NCBI GenBank assembly: GCA_000708835.1 | Contig: DF237094.1 | Span: 62,001 to 126,000, forward strand | Source of the DNA: Klebsormidium nitens | Lineage: Eukaryota; Plantae; Klebsormidiophyceae | Direction: 5' to 3' | DNA: 64,000 nucleotides | In this document: positions 36,020 through 48,500 of the stretch, piece after piece | Layout of the letters: each line of letters opens with the position of its first letter | Numbering within the stretch: position 1 is the stretch's first letter | Notes under the pieces: generated by a model | Database searches by the model: none | The model's input: only the letters and a program-made list of their open reading frames with translations | Told to the model about the DNA's origin: nothing | Program-made: the position numbers and the translations under genes

Positions 36020-39000
36020 TTACTGGTACTGGGAAGCAAGCTCTCCTTCCCTCACAATGTAATCCTCTTCAGGAAGAGGCTTCCCATCAAACCAGCACTC
36101 AAGAATCTTCTTGGTGCCGTCAGCATAGCGAGCCTGGAGCACAAAAAAGTCAGGTTACTTCTAACAAAAACTCCTTACTAAGGAAGAAACGTGAAACTAA
36201 GTTCGCGCGTCCTTGTTATACAGAAGCACTACACCTTTCTACGAAGGCCTTAACTGACATCCAAACGTGTTACAAATTCATCGGATTCCCGCAACAAAAA
36301 TGGAAGGCAAACAGCTCAGTAGTCCGTCAGAACGATGCCTGCTGAAGCAACAAACCTGAATCGAGACTATTCAAGTCTCAGCTAGATATAATCTTTCCAA
36401 TAGGAGCAAGTGAGCCATGGCATCGAAGAATGCCGGCTTTATAAAATGTACAAAAGACAGAAATACAAGGAGTGTCTCGTAAGGTGCCACGTGGCAATAT
36501 TCACTGACCTGAGCATCGAGCGTGGTTCCCGACAGATGGGGAGTCATGGCGTGGTTCGGCATGTGGCGCCAAGGGTGGTCTGCAGAAGCAACGATAAGCC
36601 GTCAGAAACGAAGGACGCAACAGTGTCTTCCTCCTCGGAAAGAGGAATAGAAGCTTCTTCGGACCAAGGCTTTTTCGGACCAAGAATTCTTCGGATTGAG
36701 GCTTCTTCGGACCGAGGCTTCTTCGGACAGAGGCTTCTTCGGACCAAGCGAGCAGATCCAGAGAAACTTTCGAACGTGCGTCAGAATACATCATGGCCAC
36801 TCTGTAACCGGGATTGCAGGCGTCCGCAACGGAATGAGGTTGATCAGCCATACAATCTAGAAAATCAGCGAGGGACGCTTAATGTGTTCAACCAGTCACA
36901 GTTGACGGTCTCCCCAAGTCCCAGAGAAAATGACACGCGGGATAGAGTATCCCCCGACAAGCACATTCTGGTCGATCACCAACCGGAACTATTCTGACTC
37001 GCCGGAACAAACTCGTTTGCACGCTTCAGCCCAGACTAACCGTAAAGTAAAGAATCAAGAGTCGACGCGACGTTGAAGCCGGAAGTACTCTTTATAAGCG
37101 GGATGTTTGTACTCGTAAGCACTTCAAGATTCAAGCAACCTCAAACAACCTTCCCGGGGTACGGACGGCACAGTTTCTGCCTAACCCGCCAGCGAACTCT
37201 CGTGCAAACCTTATAATTTCTCATACAAACCTTAGTGAAGAACGAGCGACGCGTCCCTTCAGACTTTCTGTTTGGACGCTGCACAAAGCAGCAATTATGA
37301 GTTTCTTGACAAGCCAATTACCGGTACGTACCTTTCCCCGGCGGCTGGGGGTACCAGACGTCCCCGCCGTAGCCATTGAGCTGGCCGCTCTCGAGCGCCT
37401 CGCCAATCGCCTCGCGGACCACGATGTCGCCGCGCGCGTTGTTTACCAAGTACGCGCCCTTCTTCATCTTGGACAGCTGCTCCTTGCCGATCATACCTCT
37501 GCACACGGGAAATGATGACGTCAGTGAGCCAAAAATCGTCAACCGGTACTGTGTTCGGGACAACTCTGCGTCATTTTCGGCACTCCTTCGCACCATAAAA
37601 CGAGACGCTACACGATTACGGAGGAAATCTCGACGCCCAACTAGGGTACATCGCCTGTCATGTTCCCCATTCTGTGATCCTAAACCCATTCCCCTGACCT
37701 TGTTCTGCTTCACTTCGTCACCTCGAATCAGCTACTCCTCGCACAATACCCCTTTCACGCCCCGACGTTTGATATTTTGTGAGAGGGCCCCAAGACAAGG
37801 TCCGCGTTTTTCTCATTAAATGATGCCAAGGTGTAAGGAAGCTTTGCACAACCGACGGAAGATTCCTTTGAACCCCAAAGACCATTGAGATTTTCCGGCA
37901 TTTTGTACTTTTTGTATCTTAATGATCTGTCAGTAGGACGTCAAATCCGGTCAACATGTGTGATTGACAAAAATCACGATGCAACGACCCGCATCAGTTT
38001 CGAAATCAAACGCGACTCATGTCTCCATTTTAGAATACCGTCGCGCTAGGAAAGGTTATAGTCTGTACCTGGTCTTGTCGGTGAGAGGCACGTTGATCGA
38101 TACAACGTCGCACTTGCTGAGGAAGGTGTCAAGGTCCTTCTCCCACACAGCCCCAAACTTCTCAATCTTCTCGTTCTGGTGGCGCGCGTAGTAAAGCAGA
38201 TTCAGGTCCCAGTTCTGCGGACGAACAGAGTGAGTCAGACACCAGAAAGAAGGATTGACCACTTACAAGACCAATGATAATCCTAAAGGAAGGAGGTAAA
38301 ATTTGAAGATACTCGTATTGGCTACGAAACGACCAATCAATGCACATCGAGTGGAGGGGCGTAACTTAGCAGGGACAGATTACGTGGTCGCAAAGCTCGA
38401 CCATTTCAATCAAATGGACCGTTTCATTCATTGCTCTTCCTCATCCTTCGCTCATTAAACGCTATCAATCTTAGTCGCGGAAAGAAAGGATATTAAGCTC
38501 ACCTGCAAGCGCTTCATCATTTCCTGGCCGATGCTACCGGCGCCCAGCGTACCCACGGTCTTGTGCTCCAGGTCGTACGCCTTGTGAGCAACAGCGGCGA
38601 CGTTCCAGTCGTCGTGAATGACCTGTAGTAAAGAGCGCGGTCTTCTGAGTTTTCATAGTTCGTACGACGCTTCTGTTGTGTCTACCCCGCTACGTCTTCT
38701 TTGCGGCTTTCGACACACAGAAATCTGAAGGATAATTGAAGCAACCGATTGCGCAGACAAGGACCCAGAACTTCTGGGTTTGGCAAAGAGTCCGGCTTCT
38801 GTTCGTAGAAAAGCAGCAAACAACGTTCTAAAAATGCAGACGTCCAATCAGTGAGAACACAGATCATTTGCAGGAAAGTTGATACAATCATGAGAGATTT
38901 TGGAAGCGTCATCTAAGGTTCACAAGTACAGAAGATGAACAAAACAGTCTCAAACGGAGTCGTCGTCCAATCAAAAGAAGAATCGGCCTTTGAAAGAATG

Positions 39001-41871
39001 CCCCAAGCAATCAGGAGACCTCTCCCCGAGAATGGAAGGGCAACAGCGCCATGGCAGAGTTTAGATCAACGAGAAGTCCAAATGACACGGAGATGGTTTG
39101 GACTCACCTGCTGGTATCCAGGAATGAAGTTGCGAATCAGGATCAGGATTCTCATAATCTCATCCTCTGCTACGCTGGTCACGTTGCTCTCTGCGCGGAG
39201 AAATACGGGCACATATGAACACAGAAAAACGTCGAAAAAACGCGTCGTTTAATATTCTCTAGTGCTCAATTCACATGCGTCGACATTGAGCTTGCTTCGT
39301 CATTCTGTTGGTTCAGCCGGTTTTGTCCGCTGTAGCAGCTTTGTCATTACCGGGTACATATCGACACCGCCTTCGATATGCAGACCTAAGCGCCTCGGAC
39401 ACTGACCGAAACCAGAGAATAGAAATAACAGCAGTCAAAATTTCAAGTATGCGGGATTTCGGTGTATTTGAGGAGAGGAAGATAAGAACAGAGGCTTGTA
39501 CCCACTTGAAACCTCAACGGGTTTTCTCACGGAAGCTCAAAAAATCGTTCGAGAAGGCTCAATGAAACAAGAATGCACGATCGCGAGAAGACGACAGCAA
39601 GAGGGCCAGTCACGACTAGAACGGCAAAAACTTTGATTTACGCTTCCGACGCTTCGATCGCGAAGAAACAGAATAAGGTACTTACTGGCAATCTCAGTGA
39701 CGGTCATGCCTGCTTCGGCTGCCGCGTGCAGGTCAATGTGATCGCTGCCCACGCCGGCAGTGATGATGAGCTTCAGATTCTTGGCCTTCTGGATCCGCTC
39801 CTTGGACATGTACGCCGGGTGGAACGGCGTCGTGATCAGAATGTCGATCGTTGGCAGCTGCTTCTCCAACTCTGTCAATGCGACAAGGGTCGATGATGAG
39901 AAATGTTACCGCAAGAACATAATTGTCAAGGCCTCTACACATGTCAATCCTCAGCAGCTGGTTTAGTGGCCCTGGGACTTCTGAAAGATAAAAGAGATAA
40001 AAGCCTGCCGCCCAAGATCGCATCTGGGGTACTACAACGCGGAGTGTCCGCCATGCATTGGCAGCTTTTTATGCAGCTCCACACAAGCGTCAGGACTCTA
40101 CGAATCAGGGAGAACGTGGTTGGACCTGGTTTGGACAATGCTTTGTTGCGATTCAAGCGACAGCCTCCACCCCCCCCTCTCCTCTCAGTCAACGTCGCTG
40201 ACGTCCGAACTTTCGGGAACGTGAGGAAAGTTCAAAGTTTGGGCGGTTGGGGCGATCATACCACGCCCCAAAACAACACGTTAAGAATGTGCATCACACG
40301 TTTAAAAAGCAAGTCGAGTCGCCGCCGACATATGCAAATGATCACCAGACCACCACCATAGCAATTTCACGCAAAACTCTTTCGTCTTCTGGGTCAAGAC
40401 TCTGTTTCAAGATTCAAATCGTAGACTCAGCCCCTGGCTTACACAACAGTTGATTGAAACTAGTGTGAAACTAGTGGACAATTCCAGTTATCGGGTTTTT
40501 CCATCAAGATTGAAAGACACATGCAAGAAACCTTTTGATGCCCCCAGACGTCCATCCTTTCTTGCTACAACAGTTGCTGTCATAAACTAAAACCCAGCCA
40601 GCAACGCGGCTTTTTGTCACGAAGGATGTTTCCTATTTGTGAACAACTCTGAAAAGCTGTCACGAAGGATGTTTTCTATGTGTGAATAGCACGGAAGTGG
40701 CAGAAACAGATGCATGTTTCAGCGAAAGGCCTCACCAGAGTCTGGTCCCTCCTTATCATCTGTCACAATGAACTCATGTCCTTGTTCCTTAAGCCATTCC
40801 TTCACCCCAAGGCCGTTCTCAGCGCAGGCCAGAAACTTCTTGTTATCAGCGTACTCCCCAGCCTTGTACAGGACTGCCAGGATCTTGTGCTTTCCCTGTT
40901 CACAAGAGGGCAAACGAATTCAGCTCGTATGCAAAGCGCAGCGGATGACGATCCAAAGGTCAATTTATTCCGACTACGTTCGAAAATTCTGGGAAGAGAC
41001 TGTTTTCGACTCTTCAGTGGGTATGACCAGATAAGTCATGAATTCTGCTGGAACGGGAGTATCACATATGTTGTAACGTCGTTGGCGAATCTCAAGATTC
41101 GGAGTGAAATTTGAGAACGTGGACCTCAGCTGTCAGTTATACTTTCAAAGCAGACTAGCAATTAGGACAGCTCTTACATGACCTACTACTAACTGTGATA
41201 ATCGGATGTACAAATGACTAACATTTGTCTCTGCATGTGATCAAACGTTGCAATAGTCCTACGTCCAGGTCGATCCCCAGCTTCTTCTGTACAAGTCCGT
41301 TTCTGAGTAGGTGGCGGAGCCTTGTTGATCACTTCAGTTCAGCTTCCTCAATGATGTGCATGAGGCTGCATGAGCTCACCAAGACAAAGGCTCGTTGCAG
41401 AATCCTTATCTGTTGTGATTCAGAGAATGTGAGCGCAACTTCACAAAGATATATGTACCAATCTGGTGAAGTGGACTGGGTATTGTACTATCAAAGCTGC
41501 ATATTGCTCACCTCATGACGCTCTTTCCCGCCCATTCTGTCACTGTCGTTTTGAGCTCGCGGAACGATTGCAACTCTTTTTCTGCTGACAGACCCTGTGC
41601 CCGAAGTTGCTCTGCCTCCTTCTAAACGGCTGAATACCTCCGAGGTCTCTCGCAAACCTGAAGGTCGTCGGAGTTGAGCCGACTGTCTTTGCGATTCCGC
41701 AACTCGGGGCCTTGCAACGCTGCAACACTTTGTTCGACCAGTATTTGAAAGCCGGCAGACAGGTGATGTAAGCTCAGCTGAATCTTTTGTGCTCGAAGGG
41801 AATCTCGAGCTGCTTCTGTGATGGACGAAGTTCCTGAAACTCTGAGCGGCGAGAACGGAGATGGAAGTCAT
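36020..41871 (-). CDS. FDH: Formate dehydrogenase copy B (9 exons) with a long N-terminal transit-peptide-like extension
   Basis: Exons: 41871-41512, 40895-40736, 39871-39686, 39190-39108, 38622-38503, 38214-38069, 37498-37332, 36579-36509, 36133-36020. Same intron positions and catalytic motifs as copy A (NNARG, YPQP, TPHLSG). Exon 1 reads [24 protein letters not shown]...MGGKERHE and ends at a GTGAG donor in phase with exon 2. Confidence 0.96.
36651..36746. repeat. Intronic minisatellite, 6 x 16 bp (AGGCTTCTTCGGACCA consensus)
   Basis: Six adjacent near-identical units. The equivalent intron of FDH copy A has a single unit at ~29690-29705. Confidence 0.9.
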
Positions 41872-42500
41872 CTTGTCGAGCTACAGTCTGGACTCTGCAT
41901 CTCTCCCTCGACTGCTTGACGCCCTTGCTTCGACCTTTTGCTGAAGTCAGCCGTGGCTCATGCAGCCCTGCGCTAAAAGCGAACGCCCGCCGCCTGAAGC
42001 TTCGAATCAGAGGAAGCAATGCCGAGACGACTGCGGATTGCATGCGGAATGCTTTCGGCGCCCGGCCCGACCCTCCCTCAATTCATACAAGGGTTCCGAT
42101 CCTTGCCAGAGGTCTTGGGAATTATCCAAAAAACAAGATTTGCACCTCAAGCGCTTTTCACGGCTGCCTCGGGAACGAAAAGTGCATGCATGCGATTGTC
42201 TGACTAGACTCTCAAAGAGTGGCCACATGCAACTGTTTGCGAATCCGCGGCCGCGTACCGCAGGCGTAAGCGGCCGCCCGCGACGGACGGTACCGGCGCA
42301 AGCGTAGGCGGCCGCGTGCGCCGCCCCGCGAGCGCGCGTCCTCGGAGTCGATCAGAATGGGCAACTGGAAACTAGAATGGTGCCCATGAAAGATGAAGTT
42401 TCTGGTTGGACTCTAGAAAGTCTGCTGGAAAGTTCATGTCTGTTACAAAGCAAATTGAATTCGAAACCTGACTGGCTTTGGTGGCGCATGAAGGCGCTGT
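41872..42500. promoter_or_regulatory. Putative bidirectional promoter between FDH-B and HCF107
   Basis: 630 bp between divergent ATGs, with a GC-rich core holding three GCGGCCGC motifs (42247, 42270, 42308). A homologous copy lies at ~35100-35480, upstream of FDH-A. Confidence 0.5.
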
Positions 42501-45500
42501 TTGCCCCTCCTTTACAAATTCTTGGCCCCTACTATGGCTCAAGCAAAGGTGAGCGGCCAGGCTTGCTCCTCCTCTTGCTGCCTCTTCAGGCAGCCCCTCT
42601 CGAAACAACATGGTCTTCTAGAAAACACTTTTTGTGTGGGCGTGAATTATCTAAGAGCCCCACGTCTGCTGGGGCTTTGCAGAACTCTCGGCAAAGACTG
42701 CCGCATCTGTGTTGATTCTTGGGTTGCGCCAGTGTCTGTCAGGGCGTATTCTTCTAGTACAGTGTCTCAGGCCACAAGTGGCGGAGGGGTAGAAGTCAGC
42801 ATTTTGAACAAGAAGGACAGGGGTTTAGGGGAATCACCCCTCGCTGTAGAAAGTTCTCCGAACGAGGCAGTCACTGGGTCAGCCGGAGCTGAGCACGAGC
42901 CTTCTGGAAAGACCGAAGTAGATTATGAGGCCGCTCTGAACGACGTTTTAGCTCGTCTATCAGACGACTCTGGCGCTCCCTTCAGTCCAGACTGGCAGGC
43001 CGGGGTTTGGTTAGCACCAAAAACCAGGGTCAAGGCTTGGTCAAAAAATGGTGTGGAAGGGACCAGGCGGTGGCGGAGGCCGGGGACTGCTGAACAGGAG
43101 CGAGGCGCTGACTCAGCGCAGCAGGAATTGCTGAGCAAGAATGGGGAACTAGAGGCGGTTTCAGACGGAGCGGAGGAACTAGGGGAGGGGAGGGTTGGGC
43201 AGACCATAAGCGGTGAGGTTGGGACGAGCGGGTCTGAGGAAGAGGGTGGCGAATCAGAGCCTGCAGGGAGAGTAGATAAGACACGGGACGTGTGGATAAG
43301 GCCGGGGTCTACTCTTGCGCACAGCCGGCTGCCGGAGCAGATGGCTGCAGCAAAAGCTATACCTAGAAAGGCACAGCTTAAGGGATCCTCAAGCGGTGAA
43401 ATAGAGAACGGGAGTTCGGGCTCTTTGAATTCTGAGTTGCAGGATGGGGTTGCTAGTGTTGTTTTTGAGGCCAGTCGGACACCGGACAGTGGACGGAGGG
43501 CGGCGGTGCGAGGGCCACCAGTGGTAAAAAGTGGAGAAGGACGGTTTAAGGTGGAAAGTTCGAATGCGTTGCTTAGGATTGGTGGCACGAATCCATTGCG
43601 GGAAGTAGAAACAGCGCCCTTACGGAAAGAGAGTAGGATAAGTAATTTGGACAGTGGCGCCATCGATGCTGCAAAGTCTACCGAAGGGGAAGAGTTGGTG
43701 AAACTAGGCGCGGCAGATGGTGCGAAGGTGTCCGAAGAGGAGCAGGCCCTGCAACTAGGTATGGAGGCGCTGCAGGCGACCAATGAGTGGCTTCGCACGG
43801 GCGCAAAGGCGCCCGAAGCAGGCCTGGAACGCAGTGTGAACCAGCGGATAAAGCGAACCCCCCGGATGTTTAATGTCCAGGGGAGGGAGCAGCAGGGGGG
43901 GATCAGAGTAAGGCCCCGGATACCGGGCAGAAGACTGAGCGAGTCTAGGGAAGAATTGAGCAAAAGTGAGTCGGGAGTGGGGGAGTTGGAGGGGGCAAGG
44001 AAACTAGAGCGGACGGAAAGTTCGCCGTTGGAAGCTGCGAAGGAGGTGGTCGTGAAGGTCGCGTCAGCAGCCGCCATTGCGGCAGGGCAGGTCAGCATCT
44101 TTCCTGTGCCTTTTTAAATTTCTGAAAATCGCAATACTTGACAGCTGCACACCTATTAAGAACCATCTTGCAGGCTTGGTCTTTTGGTCCATCTTTGTTG
44201 AGCAGCTGGCAACAGTGTTGCTCTTTCAAACCTCTTTGATCCTTGAAAAGATGGTTGTTTGGGAAAACAGTGAGGTTGACTACAGACAATGGGGCTTGCA
44301 GAGCAGAGAGCAGAGAACAAGTCTCGTCGACGAGTGCTTCAGAGAGGGCTAGTAGCTACCTGGTACTGAGGTGTTGATGGTCAGAGTGGAAGGTTTTTCA
44401 GTCTGCATCATGTTGGTTTGGAATGATGCGTTCTTGTGACATTTGTGCCTTTGAAAGTAGTCCCCAAGTTAAGAGCATGCCCATGTCGACTGCCGTGATG
44501 GTCGATAAATAAAGCAAATGACTGAGGCATGCTGAAGGAAACTCTGATCTAAAGTTGCGACATGGGTAGCAACACCAGCCTTTGCAGAATTTACGCCCCC
44601 TCTCCCCCTTGTGCATCTATCTAGTGGGGGGAGTGACAAGCAGCAATCTCTTCATGTGCAGATCAAAACGCCTGCTTTCCCTATGGGAACGCCGCCGAAG
44701 AAGCTCAAGATCAACCTGGATCTAGACCTCTACCGAGCTCGGAATCTTGTGTTCAAGCGTCAATTTACGCAGGCTGAGAACATCTTTTACAAGGTAATCA
44801 CTGATCCTTAGGATATGCCGTTTTCAAATCGGTGATGCTTACTGACGATCTGTTTGGTGATAGTGACACAAAAGAAGGTCTGGTGCAGCTTTTCAGACGG
44901 AAGGAAGGTTGCGCACACGAAATGAAGGCCAAGGCACAAGGTATTGGGGAATCAGACCCTGGACTTAGACCGAAAAGCTCAGAGTCTTGGGCATGGTTGT
45001 CATTGCTTGCGGAGTCGAGACTCTTTGCGTACTGGAAAGCAAAAGAAGCTTTGCATTGTTCTCGTCGGGGGAGCAAGGGGCACGCTGAGGGCTAATTGTA
45101 GTTGGAGACCTGAAAGAGGTGGAGACCTGAAAGAGGTGGAGACCTTCAGGAATGGAGACCTTCATGCATCTCGGTACTGTAAAATTATCACCTCACATTC
45201 TGTTGGCTCCTGTTGACTCTCTAGCATCGAGTTGTGGACCCCATTTATCGTTCAATCTGGTGTGTCACTCGCTTTCTCCACAGCATGGGCGTCGTTGTCG
45301 CATCAGCGTTGCCATAAACATGCATCGGTTTTCTAGATGTGCTTTTTGAAGCAGCTCCAGTCAACGCAAGTAACCCAACCTGGTTGAGGTTCTGCCCACT
45401 AACACTTTCCTGTCTTACGTCTGCACAGTGCATCAAGGACTTCCCAGAAGACGGCCGGGCGTACTGCCAGCTGGCAAAGCTTCTGGAGCGGCGTGGCGAA

Positions 45501-48500
45501 CTAGACACGGCGCGCGAGATGTACGAGAGCGCCGAGGCGGCGGCCAAGGGGGAGAACGCCTATGTGTGGCAGGTGCGACTATCTCGGAACTCGTGGTAGA
45601 GGTCTAGCAAAACTGGCTCGCACAATTTCATGCCCCTGGCATCCTTTACAGTGTCTTGCTGAGAACATTCTGGGGTTAGCTTGACGAGCCTTCTGATTCG
45701 GCCAGTGCTTCTGACGTGTCCTCTGGATGCCATTCCTCTGGCCCGCTATGCTCCTTGCATGTGCCTTTCTGTGCCAAGGCCGCTCTTTTAAACTGAGCTC
45801 CGTTTTGACAAGACGCTTTTCCACAAGGGATTGCTTTCTTTGAACGCTGTGAGGCTCAACCCGTTGCCGCTTGGGCCGCTTTTGTGTTGCGCCTTTTGTG
45901 TAGTTCCCTTTCTAGGCGCTTGCTGACCGTGCTATTCGTATGTTTGGGATATTTCCGGACCGGAAATACCCTCAAAGTTTCTGGAGGCGGCTTACAGCTG
46001 CAAATTGTAGGACGTGGACGTCTTTCTAAGTTGGTAACGAGTTGAGATCCCTTTCTAGTGCGGTTGAGCATTTGAAGGTCAAAGTTGTAGACTAATTCTT
46101 TTGTGCGGTTTATTCTCATCCCGTATACATCCAATTTACGTTGCGCTAATCATGAACGTTTTAGCTCATCATGAACGGAAAACCTCGTCGAGAACAGGAT
46201 GTACGCCGGTCTGGGCAGCTTGGTGCAAAACACTTCAATTGAGCAGCTTGATTTGGAATCTTTGGGTACATCGGCGTCTATGATTGACGCCCGTTGTTTT
46301 GTAGATACGAAATTGAAACGCAACCCTCCAACGCTCACAGATGTACGCCGTTCTGGAGGAGCGCGCGGGGAACCTGAGCAAGGCGCGCAAGCTGTTTGAC
46401 GCCGCTCTAGTTGTGGACAAGGAGCACGCGGCCGCGTGGCACGGGTGGGGGAAGCTGGAGAAGCGGGACGGGAACCTGGTCAAGGCCAAGAGCCTGTTCC
46501 TGCGGGGGCTCAAGAACTGCCCCACCAATGCGTGAGTGCTTTTTCGTTCTCCACTCCTATTTTTGAGCGACGAGTGTTGGGGATCTGAAGGCTGCAAATC
46601 GGAGACGGCAATCGTGATCAAGGCGAAGAGTGTTTTCCTGCGGGGGCTGAAGAATTGCCCCACCAATGCGTGAGTTCCAACGGCACTTTTCTCCTCCTCT
46701 CTGAGCCAATGTCGATCCTTTGGAAACGCACTACCGAGAGATGGCAACCTGTCAAGGCCAAGACCCATTTTCTGTGAGGGCTCAAGAACTGTCCCATCAG
46801 TGATTTGTCGTCGCTTTTCTCTGCTTCTTCGAGTCACAGTAATGGGTGTTCAGAAAGGCCTGAATGGAGGGCCGCAATGGTACGGGAAGAAGGATCGGCT
46901 ATTGAGCCACTCGATCAAGCATCACTTGAAAGGTTGGATTATTTTGGGGATAACTCCAGTACGAGCTTGCACTCATAATTGAAAAGTCCGGAGTACCGCT
47001 CCAGGGGCGCGAGACTTCGAAACCGACACGACGGTAACGTGAAGGCCTTGCTCCGCTCTGATACGTTCCCAGTACCTTTTGCAATCACCTTTGTCAGGAG
47101 CTTGCGGTGACTGTGAAAGGAGCGGGGAATCCGCCCAGTCGCACGAATACTTCGATAAGAGCGAGTCACGAATTACTTTTGCGGTATCATCTCCGCTCTC
47201 TTACGTTCCCTTTCCTCCTTGTCATACGTTTCCCTTTATTGTCTGCAGGTACCTCCATCAAGAGCTCGCGCTGATCGAGAAAGAGGCTGGAAACGCCGCC
47301 CAGGCGCGTGAGTACTTCGAGAAGGGCACGGGGTACGCGCCGCGGTCGGCGGCACTCTGGCAGGCGTGGGCGCTGCTCGAGGCCGAGTGCGGGAACGCAG
47401 CGAAAGCAAGGGAGTTGTTTCAAAAGGCCAAGTAAGTTTCATAGCGTCTTATTGCTGTGTTTTGGAGGCCACTAGTCTTTCTTTCATCTCTTTTTCAGTC
47501 CTTGTGAGAAGCGGAGAGGTGGTTAAAGTCCTGACAGAGTCGAGATGGCGGGTCACTTTTCTTCGTCCTGCGAGCACTATCATTCACAGTCGTCCTTTTT
47601 CTTGCTCTTGTCCAGCTGACAACAAGCTGGACCAAGTAAGGTAAGCGGTTAGTTCTGCAGTTGACGTGAAATGCTGACTCGTGAATTCATCCTGATGCTG
47701 ACTTTCGATGCTAAATCTTGACCCTGACTTTCTATATTCTGATTCTGCAGGGAGGTAAGCCCGCGCAGCGGTCCCGTCTACCTGGCCTGGGCGCTGTTTG
47801 AGGCGGAGTGCGGCGAAACGAAGGCGGCCCTCGAGCTGTTCGAAACGGGCCTGGCGTATCGTCCACGAGACGTAGTTCTCATGCAGGTAAGATTACGTAG
47901 CTCGCTTAGAGTCGCCGACAATGCCCTGTAGTTCAGAGCTTTGTTATCTGTACTTTCAGTGGGTATTTCGACGACATCGATCGAGAGAGTCCTTTCGACT
48001 TGCAAGACGACTGGCTTTGTCCGCGGATACCTTCAGACCTTTCCGTATCCAAGCTCTTTACAGAATAAGTCGCAGGTCTTCGCAAGCTCCTTCTTGAGAC
48101 GAGCGACCAGGGCGACCAGCCTAGCTGGCCGAATCAATTACCAAATTTCAGAGATCAGACATTGAAACGCACTACTGAGTTGCAGGTTCTGCGCTGGCTT
48201 CTGGTACGACGAGGGTGCTCACACCCGGCTGTTGTTTTGGCGAGCGGCGGCTCCTCTGAACCAGTAAACTGGGCTGGCTTTAAGGGAACGCCAATTTTCT
48301 TTCGAATCTACTATGATCTCAAGTTCTGTTAGGACTTTGTTGCAGGCCTTTGCGCTGTTACTATACGACGAGGGCGACCCTGCCCGGGTATAGCTGTTGC
48401 GGCGAGCCACATTTGGTTCCACGTCACCAGCTCAGCTGGCCACCTTTTGTTTCTCAGAGTTCATTGATTCCATGAACCTTTTTTGATGGTTTTACTCTTG

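Noticed and set aside
36651-36746. CRISPR-like appearance of the 16-bp repeats
   Set aside because: The units are adjacent with no unique spacers, sit in a eukaryotic intron, and no cas genes are present.
42923-44098. 391-aa minus-strand ORF
   Set aside because: Antisense shadow of the GC-rich HCF107 first exon, with a Ser/Pro-rich composition and no motif.
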